Shown in pieces: positions 1 through 12,586 of a DNA stretch of 64,000 nt. The stretch's first letter is position 1; every line of letters starts with the position of its first letter. The notes beneath the pieces are model-generated. The model worked only from the letters and a program-made list of their open reading frames with translations. It did not search any database and was not told the DNA's origin. The position numbers were made by a program, and so were the translations under genes. Source of the DNA: Octopus sinensis (taxonomy: Eukaryota); the NCBI RefSeq assembly GCF_006345805.1, contig NC_043020.1, positions 30,256,001 through 30,320,000 of the forward strand, given 5' to 3'.

Positions 1-834
1 TAGTCATGGTTGGAATGGCTCTGATCATAGATCTGTCTGTTGGTGCCAGATCAGAGATGACCTGGGGTTAAATACTACCACCACCACCACCACCACCACC
101 ACCACCACTACCGACAACAACAGTTAACTGGTCTTCTGGTCTTCTTCAATACCGATTATTTTGGCAGCATTTCATTGATCTCTACCAATGATATTTTAGA
201 AATGATGATCAATCTTCTTCACCCTGTACCAGTTACCAATGATCTTGGGGGCAGCAGCAAGAGGAGGAAGAAATCAAAGAACATACGCAGCTCTTAAAAT
301 ATCCAACATCCATTAAAGAAATATTGGATTCATCTCAACTTTCAAAAACAAAATTTGCAAACCATTTCTTTTTTTTACCTTGTTTATTTTCATTTAGTTG
401 GATTATTATCATCATTATTATTATCATCGTTGTTATTGTTGTTGTTGTTGAAACCTAAGATGTAATATAATAAGGATGACTATTTATTTATCTGGCGCTA
501 TTCTATATTTTGGCAAACAAAGAAACTACCACATTTTGTGTTCTGTTTCCTCCTCCTCCTCCCCCTCCTTTTTTCTACTTCTCCCCCCCCCCCCCGCCGA
601 GGTCGCCAACAACGACAACAACAACAACACCACCATCTTCTCTGTAATTGTCTTTTCTATGCCATCACCAGCCAATGAGAGAAGCTTATCTGCAATGGCT
701 CAACATGCTGGAAATAGCAGCCAACTCTAAGCCTCACTTCAGGTCAGTCCCCAATGCCTTGCAAGACCTATCATCAAAAGCAACCAAGCCATAACAATTC
801 AGTCGTTTTGTCTTCCAAATGTTGGGAGAACATA

Positions 835-1086
835 TTCGCTATTCATGCTGGCATGGGTTAGATGGTTCAACTGGAACTGGTAAGCCGGAGAGCTGCACCA
901 AGTTCCAGTCTGATTTGGCATGGTATCTATGGCTGGATGCCCTTCCTAATGCCAACCACTCCGAGAGTCATAATGGGTGCTTTTTATGTGTCACTGGCAT
1001 GGAAGCCATTTGCATGACTTCAGCAATGGCCATGACTCTAATTTCACTTGGCTTGACGAGTCTTCCTAAGTACAGCGTATCACCAA
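835..1086 (-). mobile_element. SINE family C (GTTGGCATTAGGAAGGGCATCCAG motif)
   Basis: Matches 9805-9970, 19590-19830 and 62605-62780. Confidence 0.8.
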
Positions 1087-1188
1087 ATAAAAAAAAAAAA
1101 ATTGCGAGTTGGATTAAAAAACAAAAGAAAAAGCAAGTAAGTAGTGGACGGTCTGCTAGTTAGAATGATGGGAGAGGGTTAAACTTAC

Positions 1189-1335
1189 CGATGCCCAGCC
1201 ACAGCCAGACTTTTTGGAAGGATTGACCAGCTTTTTGCAGTGACTAGCCCAGGCACTTGGTGAGTTGAAAATTTCATTATTTTCTTGCCACCTGATCTTA
1301 CCGTTTGGAAGAAGGTCAGCAGCAAATTTCTTTCC
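1189..1335 (-). CDS. MPND: MPND-like coding exon, RAMA domain core: GKKFAADLLPNGKIRWQENNEIFNSPSAWASHCKKLVNPSKKSGCGWAS
   Basis: Not in the ORF track; translated by hand. 147 nt, 49 codons, no stop. Acceptor ttttctaaatcAG at 1337-1336; donor TCG|GTAAGT at 1188. The peptide matches the recalled MPND motif GKKFLGDL-PDG-I-WQE----FNSPSAWA-HCKKLVNP-KKSGCGWAS. Confidence 0.95.
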
Positions 1336-1534
1336 CTGATTTAGAAAAGAGATAAAAAAAAAAGATGGTATAAATATAATTGGTCAGAATATATCGTTAC
1401 TAAAATATAATTAGTTCAAAAAATAATTATAAAATATAATTGCTTAATGTTGATAATTAAAAAATATAATTGGCTAATTTAACTCATTTGAATAATTATA
1501 AAAAAGTAACAAGAAATCATGAAAATCCTCATCA

Positions 1535-1730
1535 TTTAATGTTCACTTTTCTTTGGCTGGGTGCCCTTCCTGTCACCAACACTCACCTGTTTCCAAGCAA
1601 GGTAATATCTCCCCCCTCATGGCCAGACATGGTTTTCATGGAAGACTGGAAACAAACAACACTGCTTGTATGACAGTGATGTTCGTTTACAACCATCATG
1701 TGATGTCAAGACAAAGGTATACATACACAC
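1535..1730 (-). mobile_element. SINE family B 3' part
   Basis: GGGTGCCCTTCCTGTCACCAAC...TGTCAAGACAAAGG. Confidence 0.75.
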
Positions 1731-1756
1731 ACCATCATCATCATCAAGATCCCTTA

Positions 1757-1985
1757 ACTGATGCAACCAGTTGCTGGGGTGCCACTCCAGACGCTCCCAT
1801 AGTCAGCTGTCCACTGTTCTGTCATGCGTAGCAGGTTCACTGTGCTGTGACCCATCCAATCCTTGATGTTGTCAAAAGATATTCTCTGTCTGCCCCTCTT
1901 TCGGCCTTGGTTTTGGACAGGGATTTCTGCTGGGACACATGACCATACCAGGCAAAGCTTTTGTCTTTTTAACTGCACAAAGAGT
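1757..1985 (-). mobile_element. RTE-clade LINE 3' remnant, frameshifted
   Basis: Minus-strand frames give KRQKL / AWYGHVSQQKSLSKT / GRKRGRQRISFDNIKDW, the typical RTE ORF C-terminus. Confidence 0.82.
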
Positions 1986-2003
1986 GGTTTCTGTCTGCCA
2001 GTG

Positions 2004-2049
<46 letters not shown>

Positions 2050-2702
2050 GCTTCTTTTCAGTTTCCATCTACCAAATCCACTCACAAGGCTTTGGCTGGC
2101 TTGGTGCTATAGTAGCAGACACTTGCCGATGGTGCTGTGCAGTGGAACTGAACTGGAGACCACATGGTCGGGAAGCAAGCTTCTTACCGCACAACTATGC
2201 CTACAACATCAGGAAGGAAGAAGTTGGTGGGTGGGCGGGCGGTTGGAGGTCCCAGTGTTTTTACATCAGACAAAATCTGTTGGGGACCACATCAGTATGT
2301 TGTACTTTGCATCAACGGTTTCAGTTCACCACCACCTTTACCAGATCCATCACAAACATTACTACCATCTCCAGTTCAACCACCACCACCACTCACCTCT
2401 ACCACCCCACCTCCATCACTACCACCATGATCGGTGGTGGTGGTGGTATGAGTGGTGATAGTAGCAATAGCAGAGGAAGTGGTAGCGCTAGGAAGAGTAG
2501 TGGTAGGAGTGGTAGTGGGAGTAGATAACAGATAGAAAAAAACTGTCAACAGAGAAACAAGAATAACAGAAAAAAAAATTCCAATGGAAAAAATATAAAT
2601 ATAAAAAAAGTGAAAAAGAAACATCGAACATTATTTACAGATTTATATTTCAAAGACATTTAGAAATAATATGTTGTTGCAGTTCTTGTTATTGTTGTAA
2701 TG

Positions 2703-2735
<33 letters not shown>

Positions 2736-3420
2736 GCTGTTTTATTAGTTGTCTTTATTTTTGTAGCTTTGGTTGTTGCAGATGTTGCTGTTGTTGTTCT
2801 CCATTACCAAGTATTTATTTGAATCATCTTTGATAACTCTCAACATGACAGAAAGTAAAAGCCATGATTTGTAACATTTGCAGTAATCTTTAAACAGAGA
2901 ATAAAATATATTTCAGTTTTTCTTATTGTATTCATATATATATATATATATATATACGCACACACACATATGGACGCAAACACACACACACACATCTGTA
3001 TATGTGCACACACACATATATATGTATATGTGCACATATATACATACAAATATAGAAAACATATTTGAGTTTACAAAAGTAGAGGACAAAAGTGTACAAC
3101 ATGTAGTTGCAGCAGCGAAATGACTCCCCCCTGTCACTGCTCAGAACAAATGCAGTCAGTTACATATCTGTGTGCATGTATAAATGTATATATGTGTGTG
3201 TGTGCTGATGCCACATAAATAGCACTGAAGCTGGTGCCATGTAAAGAACATGCAGCACACTCTGTGAAGTGATAGGTGAAGGAACCACGGTTGGGGGGGG
3301 GAGCATCAGAGTTTGGTGCGGCTTTCTGGCTTGCCAACTTCTGTCGAGCCACCCAACTCGTGCCGCCATGGAAGAATGGACGCTAAAAGAAAATACACAC
3401 CCAAGCATACATAGGTAAAG

Positions 3421-3812
3421 GTATGGCCGTGCAGGAAGAAGCTTGCTTCTTAACACATATGGTTCCAGGTTCAGTCCCACTATGTGACACCTTGGGCAAG
3501 TGCCTTGGGCTGACCAAAGCCTTGTGATGTAAACTGAAAGAAGCCTATCATATATAAGTATGTGTGTGTGTGTGTGTATGTTTGTGCATGTGTATCTTTG
3601 TGTCTGTGTGTCCCCCACTGCTGCTTGACAACTGGTATTGGTGTGTTTATGTCCCTCATAACTTAGCAGTTTGGTAAAAAATAAAAGACTTATAGAATAA
3701 GTATAAGGCTCTAAAAATTAAGTCCTGGGGTTGATCTATTTGACTAAAATTGTTCAAGGCAGTGCCCCAGCATGGCCACAGTCCAATGACTGATGCAAGT
3801 AAAAGCTAAAAG
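3421..3812 (+). mobile_element. tRNA-derived SINE family A (CORE-like ACCTTGGGCAAGT segment, internal (TG/AT)n, GTAAAAGA tail)
   Basis: A-box/B-box-like head (TGGC.GTG.GG...GGTTCAGTCCC) and a body shared with more than 15 copies in the window. Confidence 0.85.
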
Positions 3813-4249
3813 CATACTTAAACGATCACTTAGAGAGGATGGGTTGTGAGTCTAGAAGTCATAAACGGAAATGTTGTTGCTGTTGTTGTTGTTGTTGGTG
3901 ATGCAAAGTGGGGAATATTATCCTAATTCCATCTCTGTGACAAGGAAATAGTTTGGAGTTTGTTAGCAACAATAATGATTATTAATATAATTAATTATTA
4001 CTAATAATTATTAATATGATAATAATTACTAATGTAAAATTCGTCAATTGGGGGATAAATTGTTGATTTAGTATTAAGTAATTAATTAAGCAATACTTAT
4101 TAATTTAGTGATAATCATGAATTTAGAATTGGTCAGCTGTAATGATTAATAAATTGGCAAAGATTATTGATTTAGAATTAGTCAACTGTGATAATTGCTG
4201 TTGCAGACAAGCTTGGATGAGATTGGAAGAATTAGTGGCAGGTCAACCA

Positions 4250-4880
4250 AAATGGCCCTTGACATTGTGAGTTCAAATCTTGTCAAGGTCAATTTTGCCT
4301 TTCATCTTTTGATGGTCAATATGATAAAGTACCACTCAAGCACTGCGGTTGATTTAATCAACAAACCCCAACCCTCCAAAATTTCTGAGCAAAATTCTCA
4401 GCAACATTTCGTCTGACTCTTTACATTCTGAGTTCAAATTCTGCCGAGGTCAACTTTGCCTTTTATCCTTTTGGGATTGATAAAATACAAGTCATGTACT
4501 AAACCCCTCCCCTCAAAATTGCTGGCAGAATCATTAGCATATTGGACAAAATGCTTAGCAGCATTTCATCCATCTTCACATTCTAAGTTCAAACCTTACC
4601 AACGTCTATTTCACATTTCATCCTTCCAGGGTCAATTAAAATGGGGTTGATGTAATTGATTGCCCTCTCTCCTAAAATTCTTAGCCTTGTTCCAAAATTT
4701 GAAAGAATTATTACAGAGCCCTTCACCAATGAAGGCCTCTACACAACAACATGCAGCATTTACTTCCAATCTTTTATTTTCTAAGTTCAAATCCTGGGAA
4801 TAGCTTTTACCTTTCTTCTCTTTGAACTTAATTAAGAGAGTGGCAATCATACATCAGTGTCAACTTAATTGATTATGACC
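4250..4880 (+). mobile_element. Cluster of 3-4 partial family E SINEs, head to tail
   Basis: GAGTTCAAAT...GGTCAA.TTTGCCTTT recurs near 4268, 4430, 4585 and 4785. Confidence 0.7.
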
Positions 4881-4977
4881 CCCACCCCCACTCTAGATTC
4901 CTGACTTTACTGGGTGAGTCACATCATTCTGTAATGAGCATGGGGCTAGTTTCTTAGTTTCTCTGGCATATATATAT

Positions 4978-5010
<33 letters not shown>

Positions 5011-5013
<3 letters not shown>

Positions 5014-5391
5014 ATAACAAAGGGTAAAATTAATTAATTAAGGAGTAATCAATAATTTCACCAAGTAGAATTCAGTATGAAAAAGGACCATTTCAACGGT
5101 AAACTTAAGTAATACTAATAAAAGGGTTCAGCAAAGATTTGCTTCACCACACACCAAAGTTAGAAATAGCAGCCCAAAATCTTAGCTTTTCTTCTACTTT
5201 AAAAAGGGACTCCTAGAGAAACCAAAATGCTTGAAGATAATGCACACAAGCAGAGAGTAAAGCAACGAAAATCAATCAATATCTGGTCATGCTCCAGCAT
5301 GGCCACAGTCAAATGACTGAAACAATTAAAAGAGTAAAAGAGTATATATGCTAGCACGGAAAACGGACGTTAAACGATGATGATGATGATA

Positions 5392-5456
<65 letters not shown>

Positions 5457-5830
5457 ACAAAGGGTAAAATTAATTAATTAAGGAGTAATCAATAATTTCA
5501 CCAAGTAGAATTCAGTATGAAAAAGGACCATTTCAACGGTAAACTTAAGTAATACTAATAAAAGGGTTCAGCAAAGATTTGCTTCACCACACACCAAAGT
5601 TTAGAAATAGCAGCCCAAAATCTTAGCTATTTCTTCTACTTTAAAAAGGGACTCCTAGAGAAACCAAAATGCTTGAAGATAATGCACACAAGCAGAGAGT
5701 AAAGCAACGAAAATCAATCAATATCTGGTCATGCTCCAGCATGGCCACAGTCAAATGACTGAAACAATTAAAAGAGTAAAAGAGTATATATGCTAGCACG
5801 GAAAACGGACGTTAAACGATGATGATGATG

Positions 5831-5833
<3 letters not shown>
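5011..5833. repeat. Near-identical tandem duplication, period 440 bp, separated and flanked by (AT)n
   Basis: 5011-5391 and 5451-5833 match except for two 1-nt differences (AAAGTTAG vs AAAGTTTAG; AGCTTTTC vs AGCTATTTC). Confidence 0.95.
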
Positions 5834-5875
<42 letters not shown>

Positions 5876-5876
5876 C

Positions 5877-6050
5877 CTCCTGGATGGGACATCAGTCTGT
5901 CCCAGGATTACTCACTTTTGCCAGGTGAGTGGGCAGGAGCAATGTGAAAAAGTGTTTTGCTCAAGAACACAACACATTGGTTGGCCCAGAAATTGAAATC
6001 ACAATCTCATGTTTATAAGTCCACCACCCTAACCACTAAGCCACCACTCT
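5877..6050 (-). mobile_element. SINE family D
   Basis: Head GGTGGCTTAGTGGTTAGGG on the minus strand; body shared with 13290-13528. Confidence 0.75.
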
Positions 6051-6087
6051 GATTTTACATAAGTATTAGAAATTGCAATTTTTTAGC

Positions 6088-6505
6088 ATTGGTGTGGCTG
6101 TGTGGTTGAGAAGATTGCTTCTTAGCCATGCAATCTCAGGTTCAGTCTCTCTGAATGGCAACTTGGCCAAGTATTTTCTACTATAGCCCTGGGCCAACCA
6201 AAGCTTTGCGAGTGAATTTGGTGGACAGAAACTATAAGAAGCCTGTTGTGTGTGTGTGAGTGTGTGTACCCTTGTCTTGAAATCCCATGACAGTTGTACA
6301 AGAACACCATTGTCATACAAAAGATGATGCACATTTCCAGGCTTCCATAAAGAACTTGTCTGGCCACGGAGAACATTTACCGTTCCTGGGAACAGGTGAA
6401 ACTCATTAAAAGGGAAAGCATCAAGTAGCAAGAAAACCAACAAGTTCCGTCTGACCCATGCAAGCCTGGGAAAGTGCACGTTTAATGGTGATGATGATGA
6501 TGATG
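6088..6505 (+). mobile_element. SINE family B: family A-type head, different body, (GAT)n tail
   Basis: Body matches 1535-1730 (minus) and 47755-47945 (plus). Ends ACGTTTAATGGTGATGATGATG. Confidence 0.75.
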
Positions 6506-7275
6506 CCATATGACACCCAGGAGCATCACATGATGCTGTATTAGGAAACAAGAGTCCACATAGAAACCTCAATTAAACTCCCCATACTCACAGACATTGT
6601 GCCCCTTCCTTTTCAAACCTTATAATCCCCAACCAAAACTAAGGAATGCTTCAAAACATGTTTGGTTCTAATCTAAAAGCATGTCTGTGTAATTCTGCTC
6701 CTTTCATAAACGGAATGGATTCCCATGTTGTCTTTGAGAAGCAATTATGTATTAATGCCATCCGATTCTATTTGAATGCACATGTTATACATTAGTAACA
6801 TAGATATTTGTAATATGGAGTCGGGTTCCTTAGAATATACAGTGTGATTAGAATTTAGAATTTTAAAAAAATTTGTACTAATCCGTTGCTATTAGAAACC
6901 AATCTTTAGTGTTTTTTGTCTTATTTTTGTTTTTTTTTATTTCTCTGTACTTTGGTAATTTAAATGTTCCTAATAATAAACCAGCTTCCACAAATCATAG
7001 CATCTGACTGTAATTTGATAATCAAAAGACTCTCATATTAATCTGGTCTTGAAATCCTACTCATCCCCTCCCCCCTCCTCGTGCACTTTGCTTCCATTAT
7101 AAAACTATTTCTCTACAACTTTCCTACAACATCACCACACACACACACACACATCAGAGAGAAAGATGGGTAGATAAATTGTGACCCAAGAAAATATATA
7201 CACACGTACAAAAGTTACGAGTGAAAAATCTCACCTCACAGACATGCACATAATAAATATGACTACACACACACA

Positions 7276-7313
<38 letters not shown>

Positions 7314-7999
7314 CAGAACATGTATAACTGATATGAGAGAGAAAGAGAGAGGGGGAGAGCGATATCACATGGTTGGATGGTGAGAAAACTGCAGCCAGCA
7401 GATGCGAATGGCATCATTTTGCTGCCAGACGTGCTCAAGAGTACAGAAAGAACTGATGTTGATGCTGAGTGTAGACTGGACCATCCGGCAGAATCCATGC
7501 CGTGGGATTGAACACACAGTCATGTGGTTCAGAGGTGAACTTCTCAACCACAAGGCACCAAAAGTTCTTTTAATTATGATTGCATAAATTATGGTGAGAG
7601 AGAGAGAGAATGTGATGTAAGAAAAGTCAAGATTGGATAAAATCAAATTCTTCACCATGAGGTCTGTATGAAGCCTTTTGTGAGGGTGCATGGCCTAGGG
7701 GTAAGTTTGCTGCATTCACCACTGCAAAATCCTGGTTTCAGTTCCTGGGCGAGGCAGTAGATTGTATTCTTAAGCAAAACACTTCATTGCATGTTTCTCT
7801 GTTGTGTGGTCAAACTGAGAACCTGTTCAGACAATGTTGATTTGACGAAGGGAGTAAAAGCTAATGTATGGCACCTTTGATCCCTATAAACAGATCTTTT
7901 GTGCCAGTCGTTCAGCATCAACCAAACACTCCCACGTTGTCTTCGATGGGAGATTCCATTATCCGTCCTCCACAACTCAGTTTCATATTTCTTCATGCA

Positions 8000-8127
8000 T
8001 TACTTTGTAGCTTCTAGATTTTGATGACATGATTGTTTATTTTTAGAATGACATTGTAGGGTAGGTGTGAGAGGCCAGATGTGGCCAGTTTGAATTTAAA
8101 ACAACCTGGATATTTTGGCTGCTTTAA
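8000..8127. mobile_element. Fragment of a common interspersed repeat ending at TTAA, possibly a piggyBac-like MITE end
   Basis: TTTAGAATGACATTGTAGGGTAGGTGTGAGAGGCC...TTTAA, recognised as an octopus-type repeat end. It abuts the 35 bp minisatellite. Confidence 0.4.
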
Positions 8128-8224
8128 CTGTGGAGCCATCCTTGGGGAGTTTCAAGGGTTAAGTGTGGAGCCATGCTTGGGGAGCTTCAAGGGTTAAGTG
8201 TGGAGCCATCTTTAGGGAGCTTCA
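8124..8224. repeat. 35 bp minisatellite, ~3 copies
   Basis: GTGGAGCCATSYTTRGGGAGYTTCAAGGGTTAAGT units start at 8130, 8165 and 8200. Confidence 0.92.
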
Positions 8225-9050
8225 GTAGTGTAATAAGTTTTTATCATGAGAAGTGATTGGTAGCTTCTCACTCAACTTACCCCCATTTCTTGAGAAAGGC
8301 TTGCAGTGAGCGCCCTCTACCTTTACTGATGGCTCTTCTCATGGCACAACAGTGGGAAGAGGGGAGGAGAAAGAGAAGAAGGGTGGGGAACTAACCGGTG
8401 CTTTATTTATCTTAAATGTTGACCCTGAGAGGATGAAAGGTAAAGATGACCTCAGCTGGAATTGAAATCAGATCCCAGAGAGTTGAAACAAATACCACGA
8501 GGTTATTTCTATTCTGCTAATTCCTTATTCACCCCCCCCCCCCATCATATGTGTGTGTCTCTGTGAATGTTAGTGGTTTTGTGTGTATATGACTGCCTCT
8601 GTGTGTGTATATAAGTATATGCATGTCTATATGCCACACACAGATGCAAGTATGTGTGTATTTAATGGTAATTCTGTATAAAACATACAACAGCTCAGAG
8701 TTGCTACATTCTATAGAAATATTCCCAAGCCACAAAGGAAGTTTTATTCTCCAGTTTAAGACAACATTGCTGCATAAATTCTATATGAAATGCCAAACCA
8801 ATACCACCGGCTGCTCTACAAAGGCCATTGAAACAAAGACGGAATGCCATAGAACATTTCCTCTAAATGAATTGTTCTTCAAATGAAGACATCTTACACC
8901 ATTATCAGCATGTGTGTGTGTGTGTGTGGTGTGTGTGTGTGTGTGTGTGTGTGAGTATTTATGCATGAATAATACAGGAAACTATGTGTGTATATATGAA
9001 TCTCAATGAATATAAATAGTTGTCTATATTATGTATGTGCGTGTGTAGGC

Positions 9051-9086
<36 letters not shown>

Positions 9087-9404
9087 ATGTCTGTATTTAT
9101 ATATATATATGTGTATGCATTTATATATATATATATATATAAAGAAAGAGAGAGAGAGGGAAGGAGGGAGGAAGTGAAATATGTGTGTGCGTGTGTGTGT
9201 ATGTATTTATGTTTGTGTGCGTGTGTATGTATACACACACATACATCAAATATATGAGATCAATGAAATCTGAACCTGACTGAAGAAGTAAGTACACATG
9301 TCAATAGGATTGATTTAAAACCGCTGGAAGCAGCGCTCCAGCTTGGCCACATTTTAATGACTGCAACCAGTTAAACAATAAAAGGTTATTTTCAAATGTA
9401 ATAA

Positions 9405-9441
<37 letters not shown>

Positions 9442-9804
9442 ATACACACACATGGCTGTGTAGTGATTTGGATAGAGTCCTGCTGAAGCGGTTAACTCTT
9501 AGCATCTGAACTCACGTACATTGAGGGTTGCCACATTGCCCTGGAAAAACTAAGGGACCACTTGGGGTTCTAAAACTCCTAGTATTACGAGGTGTTTGCC
9601 ACTTTCTCCTCCAGGTAAGGGTTGGTGTCAGGAAGAGTATCCAGCCCTAAAAAAGTCTGTCTCATCATAGCATTTTGTCCAACCCACTGCAAGTATGAGC
9701 TGTTGATGTTAAAATGATGATGATGCATATGTGTGTGTGTGTGTGTGTGTATGTACGCACACGTGTGTCTGTAAATGTTTGCATTCTATGTGTGTGTTTG
9801 TGCA

Positions 9805-10430
9805 AATGTTTACATCCTGTGTGCTAGCATGGGTTGGACGATTTGACTGAGGGATGGCGAACCAGATGGCTGCACCAGACTCCAATCTGATCTGGCAGAG
9901 TTTCTACAGCTGGATGCCCTTCCTAATGCCAACCACTCCAAGAGTGTAGTGGGTGCTTTTATGTGCCACCGGCACGAGAGCCAGTCAGGCGGTACTGGCA
10001 ACGGCCACACTCAAATGATGCTTTTTATGTGCCACCTGCACAGGAGCCAGTCCAGCGGCACTGGCAACGACCTCGCTCGAATGTTTTTTCACGTGCCACC
10101 AGCACAAGTGCCAGTAAGGCGATGCAAATAACGATCACGCTCGAATGGTGCTTTTTACGTACCATCGGCACGGAGATCAGCTCGTTGCTTTGGTAACAAT
10201 GATGCTCGTATGGTACTCTTAGCGCTCCACTAGCACAGATGCCAGTCATCATTAAATCAACGGGAGCACTGGTCGCCATAACCGACAGAGAGTGGGCCAT
10301 GTCTGACTCACCAACGAAAAGGGTTGAGTCAAGGCTTTGGCAAAAGACATTTGCTCAAGGTGCCATGCAGTAGAATTGAACGTGGAACCATGAAGTTGCA
10401 GAGGAAACTGTCTAATGACACATCCATGCA
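9805..10430 (-). mobile_element. SINE family C, long copy with tRNA-like head and ~4 internal 65-70 bp tandem units
   Basis: Head at about 10330-10430. GTGCTTTTTAYGTGCCACC...CTGGCAAC units at 9950-10175. Confidence 0.8.
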
Positions 10431-10497
10431 TGCAGATGTGATTTAAACCTCCATTACCCTTACATAACATGCAGATGACAGAAAGGAGTCGAACACA

Positions 10498-10532
<35 letters not shown>

Positions 10533-11275
10533 CACACATTGAGATAATAATCGCATTGAAATAGGAAGAAATAAAACTTAACAAAACAAACATTAAAAAT
10601 ATTTGGAAAGATAATTAAGAGAAGAAAATAGAAATAAATGAGGATTAAGTAATTCCAGTGCAATGGTAACGTCAACAAGAACAACAACAACAAGCATCCC
10701 TGATAACAACATTAACAGCAGCAATCACAACCGGAACAGGTGTAGGATGAGGAACGACAACATCGACATCAGCAACGACAAAAAGCAATGGTGAACAACA
10801 ACAACAACAGCAAAAACATGAGAGTAATGTAGGAAAAAGAATAATTAAAAACAAGTGCAAGAAATTATCTGCTAAACTCTAAGACAGAAGGAATGTGTGT
10901 GGGGAAAATCAATATGTGTGACTGTGTGTGTGCACGTGTGTGTGTGTGTGAATGCATGCACATATCAATGTATGTGCATGTATGTATGTATGTGTGTGTG
11001 TATGTTTGTATGCGAGTGCATGCACATATCAATGTGAGTGTATATATGTGTGTGTGTGCATGTTTAGTATGTGTGTGCGAACTTTGTGTATATTTGCATG
11101 TGTATGTGTATATCTGTATGAGTGAGTGTGTGTAAGTATGAGTGTGTTTGTATGTACATGTATATGTGTGTGTATATGCCTATGCATGCATGAGAGAGAG
11201 AGAGAGAATGTGTGTGTGAGTGTGTATGCATGTGAATGTGTGAGAGTAAGTGTATATGTGAGCACATTACATGTG

Positions 11276-11312
<37 letters not shown>

Positions 11313-12555
11313 CAAAAGAAAAGGAAAGGAGAATGAAATGTGTTTATAAACAATATCTGTGATGAGAGCAAATGTTTGGTTTGTTTGCTGCCGTTGAGAT
11401 GATGATGATGATGATGGCAGCTGTGACAGAGGCCTGGTGGAGATTTTGGTTTTTCTAATCTGGGTTGGCGTTGGCAAAGTTCTCTTCTTGGAAACCACTC
11501 ACGGAACAAGCTTTTAGCAGGGAAAAATGCAAATTTTCTTAGGCATATAATTTCTCCCTACCACCATCACTCTCACCTCTACTCTCTCTCTCTCTCTCTC
11601 TTCCTCCCCCCTCTCTCTCTCTCTCACATGTTCATCACTGTCTCATCTCCAACCCCTTTTCTCTCTCTCAGTCATGTTGTCTCTGTCTGTCTGTCTCTCA
11701 TTTGATGACATTTCTTTTTTTCTCCCTCTCTCTCTCTCTCTCTCGCTTATCATGTTGTCTCTCTCTGTCTCACTCTCAAGTCTCTTACACTCTCTCTCTC
11801 TCTCCCCCCCTCTCTTTCTATCACATGTCACTTTGTAAAACCATCAGCACTTTTTTGGTTTTGGAATCGGTTGACTTTCCTTTCTTTCTTTCTTTCTTTC
11901 TTCTATTTTTTTTCTATATTTTTGTTTGGTTTGTTTTGGCATTTTTTTTGTTGGTATTGGTTCAGAAATTAAATGAGAGAAGACATCACAGAAGGTTGTT
12001 AAAAGTTAAATAGTAATAAAGGGGGTGGCGGAATGGGGGGGGGGAGCCCCAAGAAAAACAAAAACCTCAAACAAAACACACAAATATACAGAATCTACTG
12101 CACCACCCCCCACCGAAAAAAAGAAGTAGATATGTTATTAAGGAAAGAAACAGTAAAATTCAGTATCGACCCCCCCCATCCTACCCAGATACAAAAGAAC
12201 GGGGGGTGGGGGGGGTGTTTTAAAAAACAGATGGAAGAGACAACAGGAGGAAGAGAGGATGATGACAATACAATGCTATATTGTATTTAATCAAATTTCT
12301 TTCTCTTCATGAAGAAAATAGAATATATAAACAAAAAAAAAAAGCAGAAAAAAAAAATAGGGAGAGAAAAGAAATTAAGAAGAAAAAAAGTGAAGGGAAA
12401 AAAAACACTTTTGAAATTTGGGTTGAAAATAAATATAATGAAAGAATGAAATGAAAAAAAAATTTGAGGAAGAAAAGAAAAATTAAAAAAAATTGAACAA
12501 TATTTAAAGAAGGGGAATTGGGTGGGTGTGACATGGAAAAGTCATAAAAATGAGA

Positions 12556-12586
<31 letters not shown>

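Noticed and set aside
140-245. Possible next MPND exon on the minus strand (polypyrimidine, AG, then IIGNWYRVKKIDHHF*)
   Set aside because: Only faint resemblance to the expected VKYKGxKLD, an in-frame stop after 15 codons and no donor. The real exon is probably left of the window.
5113-5150. Hairpin AGCAAA-TC-TTTGCT flanked by GGTGA and GAAC in the duplicated unit (retrozyme-like tandem idea)
   Set aside because: The core is incomplete on both sides, and the unit contains SINE tails, so it is not a retrozyme monomer.
8124-8224. CRISPR-like array (35 bp period), also considered for the 160 and 185 bp arrays
   Set aside because: Units are contiguous or degenerate without unique spacers, there are no cas genes, and the context is eukaryotic.
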